Shown here piece after piece: positions 47,445 through 56,929 of a DNA stretch of 64,000 bases. A program made the translations under genes and the position numbers. The DNA is from Turneriella sp. (GTDB taxonomy: Bacteria; Spirochaetota; Leptospiria; Turneriellales; Turneriellaceae). Under the pieces are notes generated by a model. It was given only the letters and a program-made list of their open reading frames with translations. It searched no databases and was not told where the DNA came from. Location: the NCBI GenBank assembly GCA_965279515.1, contig CBDIID010000003.1:2688001-2752000 (forward strand). Reading direction: 5' to 3'. Position 1 is the stretch's first letter; every line of letters starts with the position of its first letter.

Positions 47445-49262
47445 GTGCGGCTGCTTTTAACATTACTCGCCAGCTATTTTCTGACCCATGCAGTATTTGC
47501 AAATCCTGTCGACCTGACAGGCACCTGGGATGTACAACTTATCTCCTGTTTACCAGCCGAAGCGCAGTGCCATCTGCAGCGCACTGAGGCCATCCACCGG
47601 TTAAATTTTCCGGCAAACCTGCATGAGACATTTCCATGGTTTTATGGAGAAGCGCTGTTTAAACGTGAATTCAACCACAGCATCATGAAGGCGGATGAAA
47701 ACCTGAATATGCTAATTCTGGGCTCCATCGGTTCGATCGATGAGACCCGCATCAACGGCATTCTCATTGGTAAAGAGGGGCATCATGCCGAGGCGAGCAC
47801 CCTTTCCGCATGGAACAAGGTACGTACCTATGAGATACCTCCCGGGGTACTGCGCCAAGGAATAAACACAATTGAAGTGAAGGTCATCGTGCTCGATTCT
47901 AAGGCCGGAATACACGCAGGTCCAATGGAAATCACAAATGCGCATGCGGCGCAATCCTTCCTTCCCTGGATCCGTTTGGCGCGCGAGTATGTCTATCTTG
48001 CAATTCCACTGTTGCTTTTGGTGGTGATGGTTTCTTTCCTGAGCGCTATCCCTTATTGGCAAAAAGATGATGGCAATGTATTTCTCGTTGCAGCATTCTT
48101 TTCTTACCTGATTCACAGCGCTTATTTCATTCCATTGGCTTTTTCGATCGATTACCTCACATTCAACAAGATACAATGGATTGCCCGAATATGGTCGGTG
48201 ATGTTCTCAGCTCTATATTTTGCGAAAAATCTTGGCTTCTTTAAGTGGAAACGTGAAACTTTTTGGGTGATTTTTGGGTGCGCCCTTTCTCTGCTGACCT
48301 TACGAACATCCAGCCTGGGAGGTTTCGCAGATGCCATGTTTTGGATCCAGATTGCTTTTTTGACGCATTTGTTTTATCCTTTTTTATTCGTGCGCCAGAT
48401 GCGGCATAGCCCAAGATGGCTCATGTACCGCCGGTATTGGCCGCCATCCCTAGTGGTTCTGATGATTTATCTGCATGATTGTTTTGTAATTACGTACCGC
48501 ATCAATACGCCCTGGCTCTTTCATTATATGAGCATTGTTAACGTTATTCAGTTCCTTAACCATTTCAGCTTTCACCTCTACATGTGGCGCGACCGCGGGC
48601 GGCATGACGCGGCAATGGACCATATGCGTGACAAATTGCGCATGGCGCATGAATTGCACGATGTGGTTGGGTCAGAATTGTCCCAGATTGTTGTACTCAG
48701 CCGCCAAGATCGCGCTTTGCAGGAGCAGAGTGGACTTGCGCAACTGGCCAGCGGAGCGCTGGAAAAAATCCGCAATTTTGCGCACATCCTGAAGGGTGAA
48801 GCCGCGGTGGACGAACTCCCGGTAATCCTTGAAAAACTTTGCGGTCGCCTCGAATCCCTACACCGGTACGAAATAGAATACCTGGCAAATCCGGTGCATG
48901 TGCACCTGCGAAAAAATCTGCCCAAAAACGATTGCCCGCGGGAAAACAAAGATCGGTCGGTTATAGTTGCGCTTTCGCCCTACAAGCGCATGCATATCGA
49001 ACGCATGCTTTCAGAGTGGGCATCCAACGTTATTCGCCATGCACAGGGCGCCAAAAGGTTGGTAATAGGCTGGCAGGTGAGAAAACGCAGAGTGAGGATT
49101 TTCTTTTACCAGAACGCCGTACCCTTTCATTGGTATGGCAAAGCCCATCGGGGCGGGCTGAAGAGTCTTGAAATGAGGAGCCGCGAAATGTCTGGGCATG
49201 TTTCATGCAGAAAGCTACATACGGGTGCGCTCTGGTTACTGGTAATCCCCCTGGATAAATAG
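47445..49262 (+). CDS. Membrane sensor histidine kinase (sugar-binding jelly-roll + multi-TM + HisKA_3 + atypical HATPase)
   Basis: LGSIGSIDETRING...RTYEIP, multiple TM segments, RMAHELHDVVG H-box, EWASNVIRHA N-box. Confidence 0.8.
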   Translation: MRLLLTLLASYFLTHAVFANPVDLTGTWDVQLISCLPAEAQCHLQRTEAIHRLNFPANLHETFPWFYGEALFKREFNHSIMKADENLNMLILGSIGSIDETRINGILIGKEGHHAEASTLSAWNKVRTYEIPPGVLRQGINTIEVKVIVLDSKAGIHAGPMEITNAHAAQSFLPWIRLAREYVYLAIPLLLLVVMVSFLSAIPYWQKDDGNVFLVAAFFSYLIHSAYFIPLAFSIDYLTFNKIQWIARIWSVMFSALYFAKNLGFFKWKRETFWVIFGCALSLLTLRTSSLGGFADAMFWIQIAFLTHLFYPFLFVRQMRHSPRWLMYRRYWPPSLVVLMIYLHDCFVITYRINTPWLFHYMSIVNVIQFLNHFSFHLYMWRDRGRHDAAMDHMRDKLRMAHELHDVVGSELSQIVVLSRQDRALQEQSGLAQLASGALEKIRNFAHILKGEAAVDELPVILEKLCGRLESLHRYEIEYLANPVHVHLRKNLPKNDCPRENKDRSVIVALSPYKRMHIERMLSEWASNVIRHAQGAKRLVIGWQVRKRRVRIFFYQNAVPFHWYGKAHRGGLKSLEMRSREMSGHVSCRKLHTGALWLLVIPLDK

Positions 49263-49317
49263 GTCAAATGGGGTATTGTCGCGACACCCTTTTACGTCTA
49301 TTCTTAGCCAGTTTACC

Positions 49318-50000
49318 ATGCCCGATTTACCGGTCAGAATTCAAACTATGAGCTTGCCTGAAACGAAGAATAAACTCATTCCTGTCCTTATGCTTGAAGA
49401 CCAGCCTATCATACAGAATCGCATGCGGCTCGCGTTTGCAAGCTCAGAACGTTATGAATTGCTGGCTGTTTGCGGAACGGTGGACGAAGCCCTTAACTTG
49501 CTGCCACGCATTCATCCGGCAATTTTTCTCGTGGACCTCGAACTGCCAGGTAAAAGCGGAGAAGAGCTGATACCGGTTGTCCGCTCAAAATATCCGGCCA
49601 TTAAGATTGTTGTGTTTACGGTGTTTGAAGACCAGGAGCGCATTGTGCGCCTCATGCGCCTGGGCATACGCGGTTATCTCTTGAAGGATATTTCTGACGA
49701 GTTGTTTTTGCCGAGTTGGGTGTCATCGAAGCCGGGGGGGCAACTCTCACCGAACGCATTGCGCAAAAGCTACTGGCGGAGATTTCGGGAAACCTTGAGC
49801 CGATTTCAAATCCGCTGACAGCGCGCGAGCTGGAAGTCATAAATCTCACCGCTCTCGGACTCAACTACAAAGATATTGCAGAAGATCTCGATATCAGTCC
49901 GCATACTGTGCGGCGGCACATTAACCACATCTATGAAAAACTGGAAGTGACGTCGAAAGTTGAGGCGCTTAATCGGGCGCGGCAGTTGGGGTTGCTGTAG
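49318..50000 (+). pseudogene. NarL/LuxR-family response regulator split by a frameshift (or sequencing error)
   Basis: REC motifs (LEDQ, VDLELPG, GYLLK) in one frame; LuxR HTH (LTARELEVI...ISPHTVRRHINHIYEKL) in another; the shift is near the T5 run at 49705-49709. Confidence 0.85.
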
Positions 50001-50009
50001 GCAACAAGA

Positions 50010-50738
50010 ATGAAAACTACAATACAAAAATTTTTCCTCTGGGGAGCCCTCTGCGGGGGTGTTCTGTTCGCACAAGAGACGGAACGAGCGGTTGTGACGG
50101 CAGCCCTGAAAATGCGCAGCGAGCCTTCGGTAACGGCCTCTGTCATCGGCACAATAAAAAAAGGGACGGTCGTTAAGATTCTCGGAAAAAGCAGCACGGA
50201 AGTCACAATCGACAACATCACCGATTTTTGGTATCGCGCAGAGGGTGCGGGTAAGACAGGCTGGCTTTTCGGCGGTTACACAGATTCGGGCTTTAAGCAG
50301 GTCGGGGGGAACTCCAACGTCATGCTCTGGCAAGCGCGCACGGGTGGCGAAACAAGAAACCTGATTGCCTACGATGTGATCGCACAGAAAGAAAGAAAAT
50401 TCGCGGTGTTACCTGAAAGTGTTGGCTGCGAACTCTCTGATGATTTGCGTTACCTGGCTTGCGATGCCGGGACGGATACCGTTGGCTCACTGCTAGTCTT
50501 CGAATTCCAGACAACACGGAAGATTCATGAAGGTCTCTATGAACCGCGTGAATTCGCCTGGAAAGCAAATGCTTTGCGCTTTGATCATGTCTTGTGCATA
50601 GATGATGGGTTCACGATTAAGGAAGAGTGGGTAATTACAGCTGGTAAAGTCAAGAAGACGGGTATATATAGGCGCGGTGGGTACCATGTCGGTGTGACGT
50701 CGGGCGATTGCGCAAAATTTAAGAAGCTCGCGAAGTAA
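50010..50738 (+). CDS. Secreted protein with bacterial SH3 domain
   Basis: LKMRSEPS...IGTIKKGTVVKIL...WYR...GWLFGGY. Confidence 0.85.
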   Translation: MKTTIQKFFLWGALCGGVLFAQETERAVVTAALKMRSEPSVTASVIGTIKKGTVVKILGKSSTEVTIDNITDFWYRAEGAGKTGWLFGGYTDSGFKQVGGNSNVMLWQARTGGETRNLIAYDVIAQKERKFAVLPESVGCELSDDLRYLACDAGTDTVGSLLVFEFQTTRKIHEGLYEPREFAWKANALRFDHVLCIDDGFTIKEEWVITAGKVKKTGIYRRGGYHVGVTSGDCAKFKKLAK

Positions 50739-50859
50739 CCTCGGCTCAGTTAACAAAAAATATCTGCGGGGTTAAGGTATGTGTGGGCCAGCCGGTCCGC
50801 CACACGCATAGGCCATATGAGGGATTGCCACTTGTCATAATTCATGCTACGCTTGGGGC

Positions 50860-52761
50860 ATGCTGATCCGCATAGCCCCCGCTGAACGCAGGCTATTCAA
50901 GGCACCATCGGGTTCCTTGGGTCCAGCATTCCGTGCTGGACTCCTGCTCACCGCCCTTTTCACCCTCGCGTCAAGCTGCAAACTAGTCACGCCCGACAGC
51001 TTTCTGGACCCCACCCCGGATAGCAACGAACTGCTCAAGACCATGAACGTGCGCAACAATGGCGAGCTGTGGAGCGGTGTTGTGGCGGGTGACTTGCCTG
51101 CGGGGGTAACTGGCGTCGACGTGAAGTTCGACGATGGCCCATGGAAAAAGGCAGAGATCAACGGTAACAGGTGGCGGGTATTTATTCCTACGGGTGCCGA
51201 GGCCGCTGCAGGCAGGCAGCGCTGGCAGGTGGGGAGTCGGCATCGACTACAGGCCCGAATGGCGGCCCCCAATGGCAATTATCGCAATCCCGTCAGCATT
51301 AATTTTTTCCGTCAGCTAAACAAAGATACAAACGCCGACGGCTATGCTGACAACATTGTTGGCGCTCCACTCTATAATTCTAACCAAGGTCGAGTTTACA
51401 TTTTTACCGGCACGCTCGGCGGAATCGCCAGTCAGGTTGCAACTGCGGCGAACGCGGTTCTAACCGGTGAGGCGTCCAACAACTACTTTGGCGGGTCTGT
51501 TGCGCTCGGCGACGTTAATGGCGATGGATATTCCGACGCAATTGTCGGTGCGTACCGCTACAATACATATCAAGGGCGAGTATATATTTTTTATGGAACA
51601 ACGACCGGAATTGCCAGTCAATCTGCGACAACTGCAGGAGTAACCCTTACGGGTGAGGGTTCAAATAATGGGTTCGGGGTTTCTATCTCGCTTGGCGACA
51701 TCAATGGCGACGGCTACACCGACGTTATCGTAGGTGCCAATCGAATAAATACGAATCAAGGTGCGGGGTACATTTTCCATGGTGCCTCAGCAGGAATTGC
51801 CAGTCAGGGGGCGGCCACAGCCAATACGATCTTTAGTGGAATAGCCGCAGCGGATGAATTAGGCTACTCGCTGGCGCTTGGTGATGTCAATGCGGATGGG
51901 TGTGCTGATGTCGTTATAGCCGCTTATCGCGACAATAACACCTATCAGGGCCGGGCATATATCTTCCAAGGTAGCCTCTCTGGTATCGCCAGCCAGAGCA
52001 CTGCAACGGCAAATACGACTCTTACCGGAGAGGCTGCGTTGGATAAGTTTGGCTGGTCAGTTGCAATCGGCGACGTAAACGCCGACAGTTATGCTGATAT
52101 AGCAGTCGGTGCCCCCGGTTTCAACGGTGGCACTAATCAAGGCCGAGCTTACTTGTTTCATGGGTCACCTACCGGAATCGCCAGCCAAGGCGCGGCGGCC
52201 GCAAATACGATCTTGACCGCCGAGGGATCGAGCAATGAATTGGGGTCTGCCGTTTCGCTCAGCGATATTAATGGTGACGGTTTTTCAGACCTCTTGATCG
52301 GTGCCGTCCGGTATAACAACAACTACCAAGGCCGTGCGTATGTTTTTCAAGGGGGTGCATCTGGTATCGCCAGCCAAGGCGCCGCAGCGGCAAACACGAT
52401 TCTCACGGGGCAGGGCGCCGGGGATCAATTTGGAGGTGCCGTGGCGTTGAGTGACCTTAATGGAGACGGTTACACAGATATCTTGGTCGGTGCAAATCAA
52501 GCCAATGGCACCGGGCAATCATATATATTCAAGGGCGGATCATTTGGTGTATCCAGCCAGAGTGCAGGCACTGCAAATGGGATTCTAACTGGAGAATCAA
52601 GTGGTAATCAATACGGCAGCTCCGTCGGCTCCCTCGCACCCGCCCTGCGCCCTTCTCCCGCGAATTTGAATCATCCAAGCCCCCCCTCTCCATTCATGGG
52701 TAGGGGATGGGGGTGTGGTCAAGACGCCTTACCTGCTCGCCGCGAAGAGGACATTGCATGA
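50860..52761 (+). CDS. FG-GAP repeat (integrin-alpha-like beta-propeller) lipoprotein
   Basis: Lipobox-like LASSC; seven repeats of the form DxNxD(G/S)xxD..VGA...GR.Y.F.G. Confidence 0.9.
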   Translation: MLIRIAPAERRLFKAPSGSLGPAFRAGLLLTALFTLASSCKLVTPDSFLDPTPDSNELLKTMNVRNNGELWSGVVAGDLPAGVTGVDVKFDDGPWKKAEINGNRWRVFIPTGAEAAAGRQRWQVGSRHRLQARMAAPNGNYRNPVSINFFRQLNKDTNADGYADNIVGAPLYNSNQGRVYIFTGTLGGIASQVATAANAVLTGEASNNYFGGSVALGDVNGDGYSDAIVGAYRYNTYQGRVYIFYGTTTGIASQSATTAGVTLTGEGSNNGFGVSISLGDINGDGYTDVIVGANRINTNQGAGYIFHGASAGIASQGAATANTIFSGIAAADELGYSLALGDVNADGCADVVIAAYRDNNTYQGRAYIFQGSLSGIASQSTATANTTLTGEAALDKFGWSVAIGDVNADSYADIAVGAPGFNGGTNQGRAYLFHGSPTGIASQGAAAANTILTAEGSSNELGSAVSLSDINGDGFSDLLIGAVRYNNNYQGRAYVFQGGASGIASQGAAAANTILTGQGAGDQFGGAVALSDLNGDGYTDILVGANQANGTGQSYIFKGGSFGVSSQSAGTANGILTGESSGNQYGSSVGSLAPALRPSPANLNHPSPPSPFMGRGWGCGQDALPARREEDIA

Positions 52762-54236
52762 TCAGAAAGACCTTACCCCTCTCCACATGGTGGGGAGGGG
52801 TCGCACTATGCGCGGGGGTGGGGTTCCTCTTAGCCATCCCTTCGACCGCGCTCAGCGCAGCCGACCTCAAACGCCGCGTGCTTGTGCTCCCCTTCGACAA
52901 TCTGCAGAAGAACAGAGACGTCGCATGGATGTCCGATTCGATCGCCGACAACCTGAAAAACGATCTCTTGAAATCCAATCGTTTCGAGGTGCTCGATGTC
53001 ACATTGCTGCGAAAGATCGATCCTACAATGCAGTTCCAAAATCTTTCGGCAACAAACGCCTCGGCGTTTGCGAAGAGGCTAAACTGTGAAGTCGCAGTCG
53101 TGGGGCGTTTTACCGCACGAAAACAAGGCCGTCAGACTATTGTTAGCTTTGAAGCCGAAGGTGTTGATGCACTCGAAGAAAAGTCCGTTGTCGTGCGCAA
53201 CCAGGAAGCGCGTATCGACGCCGGTATTTTTGATGTCGTAGAACGCCTTGCTTCTGAAGTTTCAGACGAACTCGCCACTAAACTCAAACCCTTGGACGTA
53301 GCCAGCTTCAAACGCGATAACAAACTCGAAATACTTATCAGGCGCCTCGAAAACCCACCCAAGGGCTTTCTGGATGATCTGCAGGTCGCGGGTTTCGCAC
53401 TAAAACCAACATTCGATATTGATACATTCGACTACAGCGTCGAATTCAACTATGAAGATTTGGAACGCCACAAAGAAGTCGACATCAAGTTCATGTACTG
53501 GGGAAGACAGTATGAACCGGATTTTGCAGGCAATCAGGATCTGCGCTGTAGCGCCAGCAAGTGCCGGCTGGCCGGGGGAAATCCCGTGCTTGCAATGACA
53601 AAATCCGCCAGGGAAAAAGATAAGACCTATCGGGTGCGATTTAATCTACCCGATCCACGCGGCCCGGTTGTCGCACGCTGGTGGCTGACGACCGGATATC
53701 CTTACATGCAGAGCTTCTCTGCGCTGAACATGAAAAATCCCGAAGCAATTGAGCCGGGTTCAAAGCTGCAGCTGGACGCCATGAAAGGCTTTGCTTTTTT
53801 CGAAGCGGGTCTAACACCGGGCCGGTGGCAATTTTTACCAGGACAGCTACGCTACTCCATAGTCTTGCAATCGAGTTATGGCCAGGGGGAAATGGCACAA
53901 TATCTCGCCGACAACCCTACGAAGGCGAAAATACATTTATTATCGGTAGGCGGCGGTATACGCATTGATCGCCTGTATAAGTTGGGCAACATATGGTCAT
54001 GGGCACCTTTTCTGGGAGTAATTGTGCATTACCAACGCTACTTTCGCGACTTCAATGATAATTTCTTGCATACCGTTGGATTTACTCCGGAGATTGGAAT
54101 CAATAATTACTTACGTCTCAATTCCAAATCACGATGGAATCTGATGCTTACACTCGCAGCCGGCACCTATCTTTACTTAGACCAGAATTTATCGTATTTT
54201 CGCGCCGCGGTCGGTGTAGAATATGTAATCAAATGA
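52758..54236 (+). CDS. Outer-membrane protein: TolB-N/FlgO-like domain, beta-sandwich, putative C-terminal beta-barrel
   Basis: VLVLPFDNL...WMSDSIADNL; LKPTFDIDTFDYSV; amphipathic strands ending GVEYVIK; ATGA overlap with the FG-GAP gene. Confidence 0.65.
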   Translation: MIRKTLPLSTWWGGVALCAGVGFLLAIPSTALSAADLKRRVLVLPFDNLQKNRDVAWMSDSIADNLKNDLLKSNRFEVLDVTLLRKIDPTMQFQNLSATNASAFAKRLNCEVAVVGRFTARKQGRQTIVSFEAEGVDALEEKSVVVRNQEARIDAGIFDVVERLASEVSDELATKLKPLDVASFKRDNKLEILIRRLENPPKGFLDDLQVAGFALKPTFDIDTFDYSVEFNYEDLERHKEVDIKFMYWGRQYEPDFAGNQDLRCSASKCRLAGGNPVLAMTKSAREKDKTYRVRFNLPDPRGPVVARWWLTTGYPYMQSFSALNMKNPEAIEPGSKLQLDAMKGFAFFEAGLTPGRWQFLPGQLRYSIVLQSSYGQGEMAQYLADNPTKAKIHLLSVGGGIRIDRLYKLGNIWSWAPFLGVIVHYQRYFRDFNDNFLHTVGFTPEIGINNYLRLNSKSRWNLMLTLAAGTYLYLDQNLSYFRAAVGVEYVIK

Positions 54237-54348
54237 CAGATTCAGCTGTAGAATGGAAAAAATTTTGTTACCCTTCAATAGAATATCTTCATAAACAGTA
54301 TTCTTTTTGTTGTCCCGGCGCGATTTGACTCTCACGAGTCACTATAGT

Positions 54349-54960
54349 ATGCAGAAAGAATTCTGGAACGAACGTTACGCTAAAAACAGCTATGTTTATG
54401 GCGAAGAACCCAACGATTACCTGAAAGAGCGGCTGAAGCCGGGTAAGGGGCTCTGGCTTTTTCCGGCCGAAGGCGAAGGCCGCAACGCCGTCTATGCGGC
54501 TTCGCTGGGCTTCCAAATTTTCGCCTTCGACCAAAGCGAAGCCGGACGCACGAAGGCGATCCGCCTCGCAAAGGCGAAGGGCGTTGAGATTGAATACGCT
54601 GTCGGCCCGGTGCAAGATATCGAGCTTCCGGCGGACCATTTCGACGGTACCGCGCTGATCTATGCGCATTTTCTTCCGGAGTTTCGCAAGGCGGCCTACA
54701 GAAAAATTGTGCAAAGTTTAAAGGCGAATGGCCGCATCATCTTCGAAGCCTTCAGCAAACAACAACTCGACTACCAGGCGCGCGGTGAAAAATCCGGCGG
54801 CCCGCAAGACGCCGGCATGTTATTCAGCGAAGCGGAGGTACACGAACTATTTGAGGGCATCACCTTTGACGCAATTGAAGAACGTGAAATAGCCCTACAC
54901 GAAGGGGATTTCCACCACGGCAAGGGACATGTCGTGCGGTTCACGGGGTATAAGGCTTAA
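54349..54960 (+). CDS. Class I SAM-dependent methyltransferase
   Basis: FWNERY..YVYGEEPN, PAEGEGRNAVY and SGGP motifs. Confidence 0.9.
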   Translation: MQKEFWNERYAKNSYVYGEEPNDYLKERLKPGKGLWLFPAEGEGRNAVYAASLGFQIFAFDQSEAGRTKAIRLAKAKGVEIEYAVGPVQDIELPADHFDGTALIYAHFLPEFRKAAYRKIVQSLKANGRIIFEAFSKQQLDYQARGEKSGGPQDAGMLFSEAEVHELFEGITFDAIEEREIALHEGDFHHGKGHVVRFTGYKA

Positions 54961-55513
54961 GCCAGCCGCAATCTGCGGCAAAACCTTCGGGAGCAATACC
55001 CAGACCCTGCGCGAGCCTTGCCCAATAATTTACCTGCGCACAGGTAGCAGTGAGTAAGAGGTATTCCCGCTCTGACAAATGTTGCCGCACCTCGCGCGCC
55101 AGAGTGTCATTGACGACAATCGGTGTCGCAGTCAAGGCCCGCGCGAGCTGAAGTGCAGCGCGTTCCGCGGCCGAAAACGTGGCAATGGTTTCAGGCGGTT
55201 GTTCGCTCTGAAGCGCCGTGATTTCTGCGCGGGTTATTCCCACATCGGCAAAATCCACCGCATTCATATCAAGACAAAAGGCACAGGAGGCGCGCAGTGA
55301 CACCTCCAGCCGAACCAATTTCAAAAGCCGCGCAGTCAACGCTCCCTCAGGGCGGGTTGCCGCAGCTTCGAGAATTCCGGATGCAAGGGCCAGTTTCGGC
55401 GACCACGCCAGCAGCCGGGGCAAGGCCATATCCTTACCCGCGATTTTTTTCGTAATCCAAAGGAAAAGCCGCATCCACAAACCGAGGCGCTCTGGCATGC
55501 GGAGATACGGCAT
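54941..55513 (-). CDS. Carboxymuconolactone decarboxylase/AhpD-family protein
   Basis: LVRLEVSLRASCAFCLDMN (CxxC), FSAAERAAL and NYWARL motifs. Confidence 0.85.
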   Translation of the reverse strand: MPYLRMPERLGLWMRLFLWITKKIAGKDMALPRLLAWSPKLALASGILEAAATRPEGALTARLLKLVRLEVSLRASCAFCLDMNAVDFADVGITRAEITALQSEQPPETIATFSAAERAALQLARALTATPIVVNDTLAREVRQHLSEREYLLLTATCAQVNYWARLAQGLGIAPEGFAADCGWLKPYTP

Positions 55514-55516
55514 GTG

Positions 55517-56350
55517 TCACGCCTTCCACGGCCAGAGCAATTGCCCGGAAAAACTTCTCGGGAATTTGGGCTCGTTGTTGAGCCCTATTTCAATGGGCGC
55601 TCTGCCAGGATCATAGGCGGTACGGAACAACCAATCCCAGAGCGAGAGCGAAATCGCGAAGTTCACACCGTAGCGGTTGGGTAACTCTTTCGCATGGTGC
55701 CAGAGATGCAGCTCTGCGGTATTGAAGATATATTTGAGCGGCCCCCAGGGCAACCTGAAGTTGGCATGGTTGAGATGCCCGATCCCCAGAGATATGACGT
55801 AGATAATAAAAACATCCCGCACACCGCTGCCAATCATGAAGAAGACCAGATATTCGGGCACGCGGTAGATGATGTTTTCGGCCCAATGGTAGCGCAGGTG
55901 CACCGGAAAACTCATCTGCGTCGCGCTGTGGTGCACTTCGTGGAGCTTCCACAAAAACGGCACGCGGTGCAGAATGATGTGGATGTTCCATTGTAAAAAA
56001 TCCCGTATCAGAAAGAGGATGATGATCTGCAATACCGTGGGTAATTCCCGCAACGAAATCCATCCGCGCAGCGATTCCACAACGGTAATTTTCTCAAACG
56101 CACCCGACAGTAAAGCGCTCAGCGTCGCATAACCCAAAAGCGGAAAGAAAAACATGTTAAAGAACATGTAGAAAATATCGAGTCCGAGTTCCGGACGAAG
56201 CACGCGTTGTCCACGCCGCCACGGCCGCGCCAGCTCAAAGGCAAAAACGACCAGCGAGGCCACGACCAGCAACCAGAAAAAATTTCCCCAGCCGGGGTGG
56301 AGCACAGAAGCGGCGAAGTCACGCCAACCCTGTGTCCACATCTCGATCAC
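55517..56350 (-). CDS. Sterol desaturase family protein
   Basis: His boxes HIILH, HEVHHS, HLNHAN and HLWHH. Confidence 0.9.
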   Translation of the reverse strand: MIEMWTQGWRDFAASVLHPGWGNFFWLLVVASLVVFAFELARPWRRGQRVLRPELGLDIFYMFFNMFFFPLLGYATLSALLSGAFEKITVVESLRGWISLRELPTVLQIIILFLIRDFLQWNIHIILHRVPFLWKLHEVHHSATQMSFPVHLRYHWAENIIYRVPEYLVFFMIGSGVRDVFIIYVISLGIGHLNHANFRLPWGPLKYIFNTAELHLWHHAKELPNRYGVNFAISLSLWDWLFRTAYDPGRAPIEIGLNNEPKFPRSFSGQLLWPWKA

Positions 56351-56568
56351 GCCGCCGCCTTGCGCCGTAAGTGCAACGCCAGATACAGAGTGTATAGGAC
56401 CGCACCCGCGAGTGGCAGGCCATGCAACGCAAAGTCAAACCAATCCATCGGTTGGCTCAGCCAACCATTCACGAACAATTTCCACTTTTGTATGAGATGA
56501 GGCTGTTCGCCGAATGGCAGGGCCGCCATCAGCAGCCCCGCAAGTAACGGTAATACGGCGCGTCGCAT
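56347..56568 (-). CDS. Small membrane protein (PF..PHL.QK...W...DWFD..LHG motif)
   Basis: 73 aa, tightly packed in the operon, two hydrophobic segments. Confidence 0.7.
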   Translation of the reverse strand: MRRAVLPLLAGLLMAALPFGEQPHLIQKWKLFVNGWLSQPMDWFDFALHGLPLAGAVLYTLYLALHLRRKAAA

Positions 56569-56569
56569 T

Positions 56570-56929
56570 TCAAAGGCTCTGCAGGTTGCCCTGGTTGACG
56601 CCGTTTTCGACCTGGGTGAATCCCGCACTTTGCAAGAAGCGCTGCGCTGAACCGGAGCGACCGCCCGAGGCGCAGTAGACAATCACGGGTTTATTTTTAT
56701 CACCCAGCGTGTTCATTTTCGCCGGCAATTCATCCAGCGGAATATTCACCGCGCCGGCGAAATGCCCCATGGAAAATTCACCCCGGCTGCGCACATCGAT
56801 AATCTTAGCGCCCTGTTGTAACATCTCTTTCAGTTTCACTTTGTTTCCTCCCATCTTCCAACGTTTGTAAAAGAAAAAAACGGCAAATGTGAAAAATGCC
56901 GCAATGAGTATAAGCTGTTGTGTCGTCAT
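56570..56929 (-). CDS. Membrane-anchored single-domain rhodanese
   Basis: IIDVRS..EF..GH..GAVNIPL and YCASGGRS motifs. Confidence 0.92.
   Translation of the reverse strand: MTTQQLILIAAFFTFAVFFFYKRWKMGGNKVKLKEMLQQGAKIIDVRSRGEFSMGHFAGAVNIPLDELPAKMNTLGDKNKPVIVYCASGGRSGSAQRFLQSAGFTQVENGVNQGNLQSL

Noticed and set aside
51320..52630. Repeated DNA words (GGAATCGCCAGCCA..., GGCGACGT.AA) as a CRISPR array
   Set aside because: They are degenerate in-frame FG-GAP coding repeats of ~180 nt period, with no identical repeats or unique spacers and no cas genes.
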